Below, piece by piece: positions 30,241 through 39,893 of a stretch of 64,000 nt of DNA. Under the pieces are notes generated by a model, which was not told the origin of the DNA, made no database searches, and saw only the letters and a list, made by a program, of their open reading frames with translations. The position numbers were made by a program, and so were the translations under genes. The first letter of the stretch is position 1; each line of letters begins with the position of its first letter. Source of the stretch: Calditrichia bacterium (GTDB lineage Bacteria; Calditrichota; Calditrichia; RBG-13-44-9; J075); the NCBI GenBank assembly GCA_028284905.1, contig JANQQU010000060.1, positions 147,226-211,225 of the forward strand. Direction: 5' to 3'.

Positions 30241-31137
30241 GTGAAAGGCTTAACACGAGTTGACCACGAAGGCAAGCAGATGTTTGGCTGGCTTGCCAGA
30301 GTTTACGGCGGTGGCCAGACGTTTTCAAAATATTTTAGCGATAAACGCTATGGGGGGAAAGAAGCATCCCGGGAACAGGCCGTGACCTACCTGGAAATTC
30401 AAACGAAAGAAGTGCGAGAAAAATTTGCTGATTACAACCCCCGTCAAAATCAACCTTTATTTCGAAAACGTCCCGGCACAGCGAACAAAACCGGCGTTGT
30501 CGGTATCCATCGCTGCGAAACTGTTACCCGCGGCAAGAACACATTATACTGGGCCGCAACCTGGAATGAAAACGGTAAACCCAAGGATAAAAAGTTTTAT
30601 TTTCGCCGCGACGAATATGACACCAAATTGCGCAGCGAAGAGGAAGCAAAAAAGATGGCCATTGAATGGCGGGCGAGAAAGTTGCTGGAAATGTCCGGCG
30701 TAAAACTGCCCGACTTTAGCGGCAGAAGAGCGCAGCGTAAATTGAGGAAACAGCAAAAAGCGCTTGAGCAGGCAACCCTACGGACCTGGGTACCCGGATT
30801 AACGATCAGCGACTGGAGTTCATCACTAGGTTTTATCGACCAGGCCGATGAGCGTAACATCAAAAAACGTGAGAAGTTTACGGAGAAAAAAGTAGCGGAC
30901 TTAATTGACTTTCTTGGTGTATCCGCTGCATTGTTCGACTGGAAAGATATCGACTACGAGTTTGGTCGAGGCGTTTTCAAAGGCGATGTGCGTAGCCGTT
31001 GCTTCTGGAATAAAAGAGGAATCCGCATGGATGCCATGGTTACTGAAGACAGTAAAATCTGTCTGATCCAAAGCCTGGCGCCCGATCCTTACTATCTGGA
31101 AAATGCGCCGGCAGCCCAAAAAGCCCAGGCCTCTTGA
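30241..31137 (+). CDS. Tandem AP2 / integrase-DNA-binding-like domain protein (putative DNA-binding protein), C-terminal domain of unknown function.
   Basis: GTG start after a 'gaggga' SD. Second domain: 'TGVVGIHRCE...LYWAATWNENGKPKDKKFYF...SEEEAKKMAIEWRARKL' fits the bacterial AP2 pattern (G-V-x-G-V..W-x-A-x-W..NGK...F....EEEA..A..W). First domain: 'FGWLARVYGGGQTFSKYFSDKRYGGKEASREQAVTYL' is a weaker copy. The gene is preceded by a 490-bp AT-rich non-coding region. Confidence 0.5.
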   Translation: MKGLTRVDHEGKQMFGWLARVYGGGQTFSKYFSDKRYGGKEASREQAVTYLEIQTKEVREKFADYNPRQNQPLFRKRPGTANKTGVVGIHRCETVTRGKNTLYWAATWNENGKPKDKKFYFRRDEYDTKLRSEEEAKKMAIEWRARKLLEMSGVKLPDFSGRRAQRKLRKQQKALEQATLRTWVPGLTISDWSSSLGFIDQADERNIKKREKFTEKKVADLIDFLGVSAALFDWKDIDYEFGRGVFKGDVRSRCFWNKRGIRMDAMVTEDSKICLIQSLAPDPYYLENAPAAQKAQAS

Positions 31138-31152
31138 TTTGTTCAACATGAC

Positions 31153-31195
31153 AAACCCCTGACGTGGCACATTCGTCCGTCAGGGGTTTTCTATT
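31153..31195. terminator. Bidirectional terminator hairpin between the AP2-protein gene (+) and the convergent pyrC operon (-).
   Basis: A 12-bp stem 'aaacccctgacg...cgtcaggggttt' followed by a T-run. Confidence 0.6.
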
Positions 31196-31213
31196 TCTAC
31201 TCTATGGCTACCT

Positions 31214-32548
31214 TTAACGACTAAATTTCAAACGTTTCCCAATAACCTCTGGATATAATTTTCCTCCCTGATAGACAATATTCCCGGATACAATAGTGCT
31301 ATCAATACGCGATCTAAATTCATAGCCCTCAAATGGTGACCAACCACATTTTGAATAAATGTTTCTTTCAGAAGCCTGTGAGGGATTTTCCAAATCAACC
31401 AATACCAAATCCGCCCAGTATCCTTCCCGGATGAACCCACGATCTTTAATTTGAAATAATTCAGCTACGGCATGGCTGGTTTTCTCAACAATTTTTTCTA
31501 GTGAGAACACGCCCCGATGGTAATGTTCCAGCAAAGACAATAACGCATGCTGAATCAACGGGAGGCCGGAAGGCGCATCAAAGTAGCTGCTTTGCTTTTC
31601 CTCCATCGTATGCGGGGCATGGTCGGTAGCAATAACATCAATACGATCATCCAGAATTGCCTGCAAAATCGCCTGCCGATCGCTCTCTTGCTTTATAGCT
31701 GGGTTACACTTAATAAGGGTACCTTTTTCCTGGTAATCTTTCGCAGAGAAAAACATATGATGCACGCAGGCTTCAGCAGTAATACGCTTATTTGTGACTG
31801 GCCCTGGAGGGAACAATGCCAATTCTTTTTCCGTGCTGATATGCAACACGTGCAAGCGGGCATCGAATTGTTTTGCTAACGAGATCGCCATTTCGGAGGA
31901 TTTATAGCAGGCTTCGACACTGCGAATATCAGGATGATACATTACCGGAATATCAGCGCCATAGACCTCCCGATATCTTGCTTCATTGGCTTTGATCGTG
32001 GCAGTATCTTCACAGTGGGTCGCAATCAGGATCGGCGAGTTAGCAAATATTTTTTCCAGCGTCTTCGGATTATCTACCAGCATATTGCCGGTAGATGCCC
32101 CCATAAACACTTTTACCCCACAAACATTTTCCGCATCGACCTGTTTTACTTCCTCAACATTATCATTCGTCGCACCAAGATAGAAAGAATAGTTGGCCAT
32201 CGAGGTTTTTGCAGCAATTTGGTATTTCTCTTCCAGCAACGCATTAGTAATCGTTTGCGGCTTTGTATTCGGCATCTCCATAAAGCTGGTAGTGCCACCG
32301 GCAACAGCAGCACGCGATTCACTGGCGATGGTAGCTTTGTGTATGAATCCTGGCTCACGAAAGTGCACCTGATCATCTATTAATCCCGGCAACAAGGTTT
32401 TGCCGGATGCATCAATTACGACGTCCGCGGACTGTCCCGAGAGGTCATTATCGATTCGCGAGATTCTCCCTTCTGCCAGCAGCAAATCCTTCTCCCGGAT
32501 CTCTCCCTCGTTAACGACTCGCGCATTAAGTATCAGGATACGCTTCAC
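31214..32548 (-). CDS. pyrC: Dihydroorotase (class I cyclic amidohydrolase).
   Basis: 'LPGLIDDQVHFREPG' and 'IATHCED' motifs of metal-dependent DHOase; 444 aa. Confidence 0.7.
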   Translation of the reverse strand: MKRILILNARVVNEGEIREKDLLLAEGRISRIDNDLSGQSADVVIDASGKTLLPGLIDDQVHFREPGFIHKATIASESRAAVAGGTTSFMEMPNTKPQTITNALLEEKYQIAAKTSMANYSFYLGATNDNVEEVKQVDAENVCGVKVFMGASTGNMLVDNPKTLEKIFANSPILIATHCEDTATIKANEARYREVYGADIPVMYHPDIRSVEACYKSSEMAISLAKQFDARLHVLHISTEKELALFPPGPVTNKRITAEACVHHMFFSAKDYQEKGTLIKCNPAIKQESDRQAILQAILDDRIDVIATDHAPHTMEEKQSSYFDAPSGLPLIQHALLSLLEHYHRGVFSLEKIVEKTSHAVAELFQIKDRGFIREGYWADLVLVDLENPSQASERNIYSKCGWSPFEGYEFRSRIDSTIVSGNIVYQGGKLYPEVIGKRLKFSR

Positions 32549-33231
32549 GAGTCGCTTCCTTTCACACCAACGGTTAAAGTCGTCAGCCCATTTTCCAGAG
32601 ATGCCGTCACTTTGTCCCCGGCAGACATTTTTGCCACGCCCTCGGGAGTGCCGGTAAAAATGAGATCACCGGGCTGAAGGGTAAAGATGCCGGATAAATA
32701 AGCAATCAGTTGCGGAATTGGGAAAAGCATATTAGTGGAATTTCCATCCTGACGGGTTTCACCATTCACATTTAGCGATAATTGAATCCCGTTCGGATTG
32801 CCAATCGCATTCGGCGAGACAAACTCGCTGAGCGGGGCAAAGGTGTCATATCCTTTCGCGACTGCCCAGGGATGTGATTTTTCTTTTGCGCGGGACTGAA
32901 TATCTCTGGCAGTTACATCAATACCAACCGCATAACCGGCGATATGTTCACCGGCTGCTTCAACAGCGATGTTTTTTCCCGCTTTACCGATCAGCACAAC
33001 TATTTCCACTTCATGGTGAACATCGTTGCTGGCTGCGGGAATAACGATATCATCCCCATCAGAGATAATTGTCGTTGCCGGTTTAATGAAAACGATTGGT
33101 GCTGAAGGAATTGGGTTATTCAATTCGCTGGCATGGGCGGCATAATTTCGCCCGATGCAGTATAATGTTTTTATAGGTGTTTTTTCGGACTTGTTAACAA
33201 ATTTCACGTCAGCCATTTGCATCCTCAACAT
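32545..33231 (-). CDS. Fumarylacetoacetate hydrolase (FAH)-family protein (2-keto-4-pentenoate hydratase / YcgM-like).
   Basis: 'YCIGRNYAAHASEL', 'IVFIKPATTII' and 'HHEVEIVVLIGK' are typical FAH-fold motifs. A 4-nt overlap with pyrC suggests an operon. Confidence 0.8.
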   Translation of the reverse strand: MLRMQMADVKFVNKSEKTPIKTLYCIGRNYAAHASELNNPIPSAPIVFIKPATTIISDGDDIVIPAASNDVHHEVEIVVLIGKAGKNIAVEAAGEHIAGYAVGIDVTARDIQSRAKEKSHPWAVAKGYDTFAPLSEFVSPNAIGNPNGIQLSLNVNGETRQDGNSTNMLFPIPQLIAYLSGIFTLQPGDLIFTGTPEGVAKMSAGDKVTASLENGLTTLTVGVKGSDS

Positions 33232-34175
33232 TATAACAGGTTAAAAATTTTCCCGATAAAATAAACATAAAAAAGGATGAAGAACCAGCCTTCCCAGCTG
33301 CTCATCCGTCGATCGACAATCACAACAAGGAACAATAAAGAAGCGACAATCATTACCGGGATGCCGGTAAACAGTAACATGTCGGAAACATGTAGAGTGC
33401 TTATTAAGCCCGGCACGCCCATCACAGCGAAAGTATTGAAGATGTTTGATCCCAAAACATTACCAACAATAATCTCGGCATTATCTTTCTTTACAGCAGC
33501 GAATGTTACGGCCAATTCCGGCAAAGATGTGCCGAAAGCAACGGCTGTTACGGCGATCACCTCCGACCCGATATTGAGAATTTGGGATATTTTGATAATC
33601 GATTCGATTGTATACTTCGCCCCGAGAAATACCATAAAACCACTCAAAACCAGCACAATTATCGGTCGCCAACGAAAAGGTGCCCGTTCCGCAGGCGTGC
33701 CATTTTTTCCCGGTTGCTCCCGTCTGTTGTTTACAGTGTAAGCCATAAACAGCAACATGCAGCAAACGAAAATGCACGCCTCTCCAAAGGTAAAAACCTT
33801 GTCCATCACTGTTACCCCCAGGAAAAGAGCGGAGCCAATCAGAATTGGCAGGTCAACTGGAAGCAGGTTATGATGAATGCGCAACCGTTTACCGACAATA
33901 GCGCCAATTGCCATTATTAGAAAAATATTGGCGACATTGGAGCCGATCACATTTCCCGCGACAATTTCCGAGGCATTACTATACACTGCGATCACTGATG
34001 AAATCAGCTCCGGCAAGGAGGTGCCGATCGACACGATTGTAACGCCGACGACGAATGGTGATAGTCCTGCCATCAACCCAATTTTTTCAGCCGCACCGGT
34101 AAAATAATCAGATGATTTTACTAACGCAGAAAGGCTTACCACAAAAACCACTAACCACAACGTTAAATCCATCAA
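33231..34175 (-). CDS. Ca2+/cation antiporter, CaCA (YrbG) family.
   Basis: Two alpha-repeat signatures 'GTSLPELISSVIAV' and 'GTSLPELAVTFAAV'; multi-TM. Confidence 0.85.
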   Translation of the reverse strand: MMDLTLWLVVFVVSLSALVKSSDYFTGAAEKIGLMAGLSPFVVGVTIVSIGTSLPELISSVIAVYSNASEIVAGNVIGSNVANIFLIMAIGAIVGKRLRIHHNLLPVDLPILIGSALFLGVTVMDKVFTFGEACIFVCCMLLFMAYTVNNRREQPGKNGTPAERAPFRWRPIIVLVLSGFMVFLGAKYTIESIIKISQILNIGSEVIAVTAVAFGTSLPELAVTFAAVKKDNAEIIVGNVLGSNIFNTFAVMGVPGLISTLHVSDMLLFTGIPVMIVASLLFLVVIVDRRMSSWEGWFFILFYVYFIGKIFNLL

Positions 34176-34237
34176 AGTATCCTTATATTACATTGAAATA
34201 TTAGCCTTTAAGAGTCAGCTCGAAAACTTCACCCACA

Positions 34238-35695
34238 TCAGGCGGTAACCTTGGTTGCCAGATCAAATTTGGCAATTTGGGCTTTCATTAATGAAAAAAA
34301 TCGTAACGGATGAAAGAATGCCGTAAAGAATAAGCCAGCAATAATACCGTACCAAACACCTTCCGGCCCCATTTCTCTGAATACACCAAAATAATACCCC
34401 AGTGGCAGTCCCAGTCCCCAGTACGCAACCACATTGGCATACATAGGCACTTTTGTATCTTTCAACCCTCGCAGGGCACCAGCGCCACTCACCTGAATAC
34501 CATCCGGCAATTGAAAAATAGCCGCAAGGAACAACAGCTGGACAGACAACTGCAGTACCTGCCCGTCGTTAGTATAGATACCAACAATCGCTTCCGGAAA
34601 AACCAGTAATATTGCCATAGTGCCCATCACACAACCGACTGCGATCCACATCCCAACGATACCAGCAATTTTCGCTCGTTGCGGACTCCCCTGCCCTATT
34701 TCGAATCCCACCCGGGCAGATGTCGCGATTGAAAATCCCAGTGGCAGCATAAAGGCTATAGAAGCAACATTTATTGCAATCTGATGCGAGGCAATCTCAG
34801 CAATTCCCATTGCGCCGATCATTAGCGCGGCAACGGCAAACATACTAACTTCCAGCCCTAAACTGACCCCATTAGGGAGGCCAATACGGACAAATTCTCT
34901 TAAACGCTCCCAATCGGGAAGCGTGAAGTGTTGAAACGGTAGCAAGGATTTAACTTGCCGGGCGTTTAACAGCATCAGGATCATTCCGGCTAACATGAAC
35001 CACCAGACGAGCGCTGTGGCGTATCCGGCCCCAACAGCACCCATTCTGGGAAATCCCCAATGGCCGTACATAAAAAGATAATTCCCTAAAATATTCAATG
35101 GTATTGCCATTATAGTCAAATACATGTTGGGCCGTGTCAGGGTTAGGCCATCCATAAAAAAGCGCAACGAGAGGTAAGCGAAAGCTGCGGGAATCCCCCA
35201 GGAGATTGCTTCCAGGTAACCGCTGGTAATCGGGATTAGATCGGCAGCAATATCCATTTCGTACATCAAAATATTGACCTGCCGAACCAGAAAGAATGCC
35301 GGCAGTGCAAGAAAGATACTCAACCAAAGCGTCTGCCACAACGAGTAGGAAATATCCTTCTTCCTCTCTGCACCGAGAAACTGCGCAACAATTGGCGTTG
35401 TTGCCAGAATGATTCCTAATGCGAAAATATAAAGCGGCACATATAAGCTTCTGCCGATGGCTACAGCGCCAAGATCTTTCGCACTCAGGTTCCCAGCCAT
35501 CACAGTATCGATGAACCCCAAAGCCATGTGCGCAATCTGGGAAGCAACGACAGGCAAACCAACCGCAAGGGTTAGTTTAGCTTCTTTTTGATAATCGCTA
35601 CGGCGTTGTAGTGCCCTGCTTTCTGTTTCCAAAAATGTTAAGCCTTTCGCCCACAGGTCTAATTCAAAAAAAACAAAAAGATAACACTTAATCAC
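34238..35695 (-). CDS. MATE-family multidrug/oligosaccharidyl-lipid exporter.
   Basis: 12-TM MATE fold with N-terminal 'LAVGLPVVASQIAHMALGFIDTVMAGNL'. The exact start codon is uncertain; the first ~25 aa of the ORF look non-native. Confidence 0.75.
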   Translation of the reverse strand: MIKCYLFVFFELDLWAKGLTFLETESRALQRRSDYQKEAKLTLAVGLPVVASQIAHMALGFIDTVMAGNLSAKDLGAVAIGRSLYVPLYIFALGIILATTPIVAQFLGAERKKDISYSLWQTLWLSIFLALPAFFLVRQVNILMYEMDIAADLIPITSGYLEAISWGIPAAFAYLSLRFFMDGLTLTRPNMYLTIMAIPLNILGNYLFMYGHWGFPRMGAVGAGYATALVWWFMLAGMILMLLNARQVKSLLPFQHFTLPDWERLREFVRIGLPNGVSLGLEVSMFAVAALMIGAMGIAEIASHQIAINVASIAFMLPLGFSIATSARVGFEIGQGSPQRAKIAGIVGMWIAVGCVMGTMAILLVFPEAIVGIYTNDGQVLQLSVQLLFLAAIFQLPDGIQVSGAGALRGLKDTKVPMYANVVAYWGLGLPLGYYFGVFREMGPEGVWYGIIAGLFFTAFFHPLRFFSLMKAQIAKFDLATKVTA

Positions 35696-35732
35696 GGTTA
35701 AATCAACCGGTCATTCTCTCTAAGAGCAGTGT

Positions 35733-35999
35733 TTAGGAGAAAATCTGCGGACGATATTTTTTGCTGATCCAATACGCCAGAGCAATCACTGCAATTATCA
35801 CCAGCCAGGAATACCAGTAGAGACGATATGAGATACCTGCTGTAAGCATTCCTACACCAAAGAGTGTCTGCAAAGATGTCCATCCAAAGGCATAGTAGGG
35901 ATGTGGCACCACCGGCGCATTACTTACCGGCACCAGGGGCAAAAACGACAAGAAGATAAAAACAATTAGAAACCAGAGGAGTGATTTAAGTTTTTTCAT
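35733..35999 (-). CDS. Small two-TM membrane protein, function unknown.
   Basis: 88 aa with two hydrophobic helices; upstream of, and co-oriented with, the MATE gene. Confidence 0.4.
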   Translation of the reverse strand: MKKLKSLLWFLIVFIFLSFLPLVPVSNAPVVPHPYYAFGWTSLQTLFGVGMLTAGISYRLYWYSWLVIIAVIALAYWISKKYRPQIFS

Positions 36000-36126
36000 C
36001 TTTCAGTTATCCGTCTGTTTACTTTCGAAAAACTGTGAATATTATTACCTTAGTGTTATTGGTCTGCATATTACGGACTTTCAAAATCAGATACAATTTA
36101 CAATAGAAAACTGTCGGGGGTTTTAA

Positions 36127-36456
36127 ATGGCTGTCAGCAAGGATTACCTGTTATTTATCCAGGATCAATTTGCACATTTTGGTGAGATCCAAATCAAACG
36201 GATGTTTGGGGGTGCCGGTATTTATCATCAAGGGATTATGTTTGCACTGGTAAGTGATGATTTGTTATACCTAAAGGCAGATGATATAAACCGGGTTGAT
36301 TTTACAGCCGAGAATATGCCGAACTTTAATCCCGGCAAAGCAAGCAAAGGAATGCCCTATTGGCAAGTACCAGCGGAAGTCGTCGAGGACAGACATCTAA
36401 TGGCAGAATGGGCAGAGAAAGCCTACCAGGCAGCGGTCCGCACCAAAAAGAAGTAA
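36127..36456 (+). CDS. TfoX/Sxy N-terminal-domain family protein.
   Basis: 'MFGGAGIYHQGIMFALVSDDLLYLK' matches the TfoX_N consensus. The C-terminal TfoX domain is absent. Confidence 0.65.
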   Translation: MAVSKDYLLFIQDQFAHFGEIQIKRMFGGAGIYHQGIMFALVSDDLLYLKADDINRVDFTAENMPNFNPGKASKGMPYWQVPAEVVEDRHLMAEWAEKAYQAAVRTKKK

Positions 36457-36490
36457 CAGTTCCAAAAATCACATATTTCAGGAGAATCTT

Positions 36491-37642
36491 ATGAGTCCGG
36501 CAGCTAATTTACGCGAACTTTTCCTCATTGACCCGGCCGTTGTTTTCTTAAACCATGGTTCCTTTGGCGCCTGCCCCAAACCGGTTTTCGAGAATTACCA
36601 GGAATGGCAGTTATTGCTGGAACGCCAGCCACTGGAGTTTCTCGGCCGGCGTTATCCCACCTTGATGGCCGACGCCCGGCATGCCCTTGGAGATTTTTTG
36701 GGAACGAACGGCGACAATCTTTTCTTTACCCCAAACACTACCACGGGTATCAACACCGTTATTCGTTCTCTATCCTTATCGCCGGGAGATGAAGTGTTGA
36801 GCAACACCTTTGAATATGGCGCACTACATCGCGCCTGGGAGTTTGTTTGCGGGAAACGGGGTGCTAAATATATTCAAGCGAAAATTGAATTGCCCATTAA
36901 GAGCGAAGCACAATTCATCGATGCTATTTGGCGTCATGTAAATGAGAAGACCAAAGTGTTGTTTTTAAGCCATATTACTTCTTCGAATGCACTAACCTTC
37001 CCTATAACTACGCTTATTTCCCGTGCGCGTGAGCGAGGAATAATTACCATCATTGATGGCGCACATGCCCCCGGCCAAATTCCGTTGAATCTTGATACGC
37101 TAAATGCTGATTTTTATGCCGGCAACTGTCACAAGTGGTTGATGGCCCCCAAGGGCAGCGCCTTCCTATATGCTCGCCCGGAGATGCAGCAAATGGTCGA
37201 TCCATTAGTGGTGAGTTGGGATAGTGTTTCTGCCGGCACTTCCCGCTTTCTGAAGGAGAATGAGTTTCAGGGCACCCGGGATATTGCCGCTTACCTTGCT
37301 GTGCCTGCAGCGATAGACTTCTTTCGGGAAAATAACTGGCCGACTATTCAGAAGGATTGTCATTCTTTAGTAAAAGTGGCCAGGGAAGGTATTAACACCA
37401 TTTTGGGGCAAGAGCCAATTTGCCCTGATGAGGGAGGTTGGTATCAACAGATGTCGGCCCATTTTTTGCCAAAACATATTGATGGCCCAGGCTTGCAGGA
37501 GAGACTGCTGAAGGAATACAATATTGAGATACCGGTGATGACGATCAAGGAAGATTCTTTTTTAAGAGTCTCCATACAGGGCTATAACACCCGGGAAGAT
37601 GTAAATACTTTATTAGAAAGCTTGCGAGAGATTTTAAACTAA
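36491..37642 (+). CDS. PLP-dependent aminotransferase class-V enzyme (isopenicillin-N-epimerase / cysteine-desulfurase-like).
   Basis: 'LNHGSFGACP' N-terminus and the PLP-lysine region 'GNCHKWLMAPKGSAFLY'; 383 aa. Confidence 0.7.
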   Translation: MSPAANLRELFLIDPAVVFLNHGSFGACPKPVFENYQEWQLLLERQPLEFLGRRYPTLMADARHALGDFLGTNGDNLFFTPNTTTGINTVIRSLSLSPGDEVLSNTFEYGALHRAWEFVCGKRGAKYIQAKIELPIKSEAQFIDAIWRHVNEKTKVLFLSHITSSNALTFPITTLISRARERGIITIIDGAHAPGQIPLNLDTLNADFYAGNCHKWLMAPKGSAFLYARPEMQQMVDPLVVSWDSVSAGTSRFLKENEFQGTRDIAAYLAVPAAIDFFRENNWPTIQKDCHSLVKVAREGINTILGQEPICPDEGGWYQQMSAHFLPKHIDGPGLQERLLKEYNIEIPVMTIKEDSFLRVSIQGYNTREDVNTLLESLREILN

Positions 37643-37688
37643 AAAAGTCCGTGGCCTTATAAGCTACCACGGACTTTTAGATTTTTTC
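37641..37688. terminator. Bidirectional terminator between the aminotransferase gene (+) and the zinc-ribbon gene (-).
   Basis: A 12-bp stem 'aaaagtccgtgg...ccacggactttt', flanked by an A-run upstream and a T-run downstream. Confidence 0.65.
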
Positions 37689-37717
37689 TGTGTTTTTGAA
37701 GCAAGGAGAACGAAGTA

Positions 37718-37999
37718 TCAATCAAAATCAAAAATCTCTTCCAGGATTGATTTATATATCTTCTTTTTCTTTTTCTTCTTTTTCCCCTGATATCGCTCAT
37801 CTTGGCGCGGTTGCTCATGATATCCGGAAGGAGGCGCCTGCTGAGCTCGGTTACCTCCCAGGGATTCCAGCGAACGCTCGATTATTTTATCCAGCTCTCC
37901 ACGATCCAGCCAAACACCACGGCATTTCGGGCAGTAATCAATTTCAATTCCCTGCCGTTCGGTAATTTTCAGGTCTAACAGGCAATTTGGGCAATGCAT
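37718..37999 (-). CDS. zf-TFIIB-type zinc-ribbon protein with a C-terminal poly-lysine tract.
   Basis: 'CPNC...CPKCRGVWLDRGELD' matches the zf-TFIIB (PF13453) pattern. An 8xK run is encoded by a (ctt/ttt)n pyrimidine tract at 37755-37785. Confidence 0.55.
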   Translation of the reverse strand: MHCPNCLLDLKITERQGIEIDYCPKCRGVWLDRGELDKIIERSLESLGGNRAQQAPPSGYHEQPRQDERYQGKKKKKKKKIYKSILEEIFDFD

Positions 38000-38185
38000 G
38001 TCTATCTCCTTCTATGTATTTTGCTTTTCCGCATTCACATTTCAATTTCACCAGTAAAGCACCGATATAATATACTAAAAATCGTTCTGCCGAATAACAA
38101 TTTTAATCACGATTATTCTATCAATTCCTTTTAAACATGCAACGTCACAGCCAGGCAAATGTTTCAGCTTTAACCCCGGGATTAT

Positions 38186-39817
38186 TTATGGTTGCCGATA
38201 AGTATATCCATTGTCTTTTAGCAGCAACAGGAAGTTATCCAGCCGCTTTCGAAAGTTGTCAAAATCGCGTCCCTCCTCCGTTGTCCAAACGACTTCGGAG
38301 AGTGCTGTCATGCGGGGCAGCGCCATATACTCTACCGCTTCCGGGGTGGTAATATATTCCGTCCAGACATTCCCCTGTGCGCCCAGTATATGATGTTTTT
38401 TATCTTCGGCGATATTTTCCGGCACCGGGTCGAAACTATAGACTTTATCTAAGGGCAAAAAGCCTCCGATTGCCAAGGGTTCATTTTCCTGGTCTTCACT
38501 TTGATAATAGTCAAAGTAAACGTGAGTAGTCGGAGTCATCACAACATCGTGTCCGGCGTTTGCCGCTGTTATGCCACCTTCGGTGCCCCGCCAGGACATC
38601 ACCGTTGCCCCCGCGGCCAGTCCGCCTTCAAGGATCTCGTCCCACCCGATTAAACGACGGCCTCTTTCGTCAAGGAATTTATCAAAATGTTTGATGAAAT
38701 AGCTCTGCAACTCATGTTCATCCTTTAGTCCATTATCCTTAATTCTGCGCTGGCATTTCTCGCAAGCTTCCCAGCGTTTTTTCGGCGCTTCATCGCCACC
38801 GACATGGATAAATTCAGAAGGAAATAATGCCAGCACCTCGGTCATTACATCTTCCAAAACGGTAAATGTTTTATCGTTGCCGGCGCAAAAGATTTCTTCG
38901 TGGACGCCCCAAAGCTTTGCGACGGAATGAGGGCCGCCGGTGCAGGACAACTCCGGATAAGCGGCCAGCGCTGCGCGGGAGTGGCCAGGCATCTCAATCT
39001 CCGGAACGACATTTACAAACCGTTTACGGGCATATTCTACAACTTCCTTAACTTCTTCCTGGGTGTAAAAACCACCGTAGCGTTTTCCATCGTAGGTGCG
39101 GGGTTGATCCCGATAATGCCCGATCAGGGATTCGTCACGATACGCACCAACTTCGGTAAGCAGCGGATACTTTTTAATCTCTATCCGCCAGCCATGATCT
39201 TCGGTGAGATGCCAATGAAAAGTATTCATTTTATGCATCGCAATCAGGTCGATATACTTCTTAATAAAACTTACCGAAAAAAAACTTCTTCCGACATCCA
39301 GGTGCATGCCTCTCCAGGAAAAACGCGGCGCGTCGACGATCTCCGCACCGGGCGCTCCCCAGCTATTCTCATCTGTTTTGGTGAGCATCTGCCGTAATGT
39401 TTGCACCCCGTAGAAAATACCGGCAGCGCTATTTCCGATAATGACCAATTCGTCTTCAGCAACTTTTAAACGATAGCCTTCATTACCGATTTCCTCATCA
39501 CCATTAACCTGACGAAGCACAATACGGCTATCCGGCCTTCCGCCTGCCGGCAATATTTCCAGTTGTTGTCCGGTTTTCTCCTGGAGCATATTCTGCAAAT
39601 ATTCAGCGGCATCATAAACGGCATCATCTTCAGACTGCAGGCGAATGACTGTGTTTTCCTTTAATGCAAAGAAAGTATTTAACGTTTTTACCGATACTGG
39701 CCTGGGAACAATCTTCAATTCGCCTCCACTATTTTGAACACCACTTCCATTACATCCTGCAGTCCACAGCACAAGACCAACGAACATTACTCCGTATAAA
39801 AAGTATTTTTTCATCAA
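38186..39817 (-). CDS. GH20 beta-N-acetylhexosaminidase lipoprotein.
   Basis: Lipobox 'LVLWTAGC'. Catalytic region 'GMHLDVGRSFF...HKMNTFHWHLTEDHGWRIE' is the GH20 H-x-G-G-D/E signature context. Confidence 0.85.
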   Translation of the reverse strand: MMKKYFLYGVMFVGLVLWTAGCNGSGVQNSGGELKIVPRPVSVKTLNTFFALKENTVIRLQSEDDAVYDAAEYLQNMLQEKTGQQLEILPAGGRPDSRIVLRQVNGDEEIGNEGYRLKVAEDELVIIGNSAAGIFYGVQTLRQMLTKTDENSWGAPGAEIVDAPRFSWRGMHLDVGRSFFSVSFIKKYIDLIAMHKMNTFHWHLTEDHGWRIEIKKYPLLTEVGAYRDESLIGHYRDQPRTYDGKRYGGFYTQEEVKEVVEYARKRFVNVVPEIEMPGHSRAALAAYPELSCTGGPHSVAKLWGVHEEIFCAGNDKTFTVLEDVMTEVLALFPSEFIHVGGDEAPKKRWEACEKCQRRIKDNGLKDEHELQSYFIKHFDKFLDERGRRLIGWDEILEGGLAAGATVMSWRGTEGGITAANAGHDVVMTPTTHVYFDYYQSEDQENEPLAIGGFLPLDKVYSFDPVPENIAEDKKHHILGAQGNVWTEYITTPEAVEYMALPRMTALSEVVWTTEEGRDFDNFRKRLDNFLLLLKDNGYTYRQP

Positions 39818-39893
39818 CAGCCTCCCGGCCCGCTGAGGTTTCAGCGGGAGAAAGTAATTTTATTGTTGTGCATCTATCCAAAACTGAATGCTT

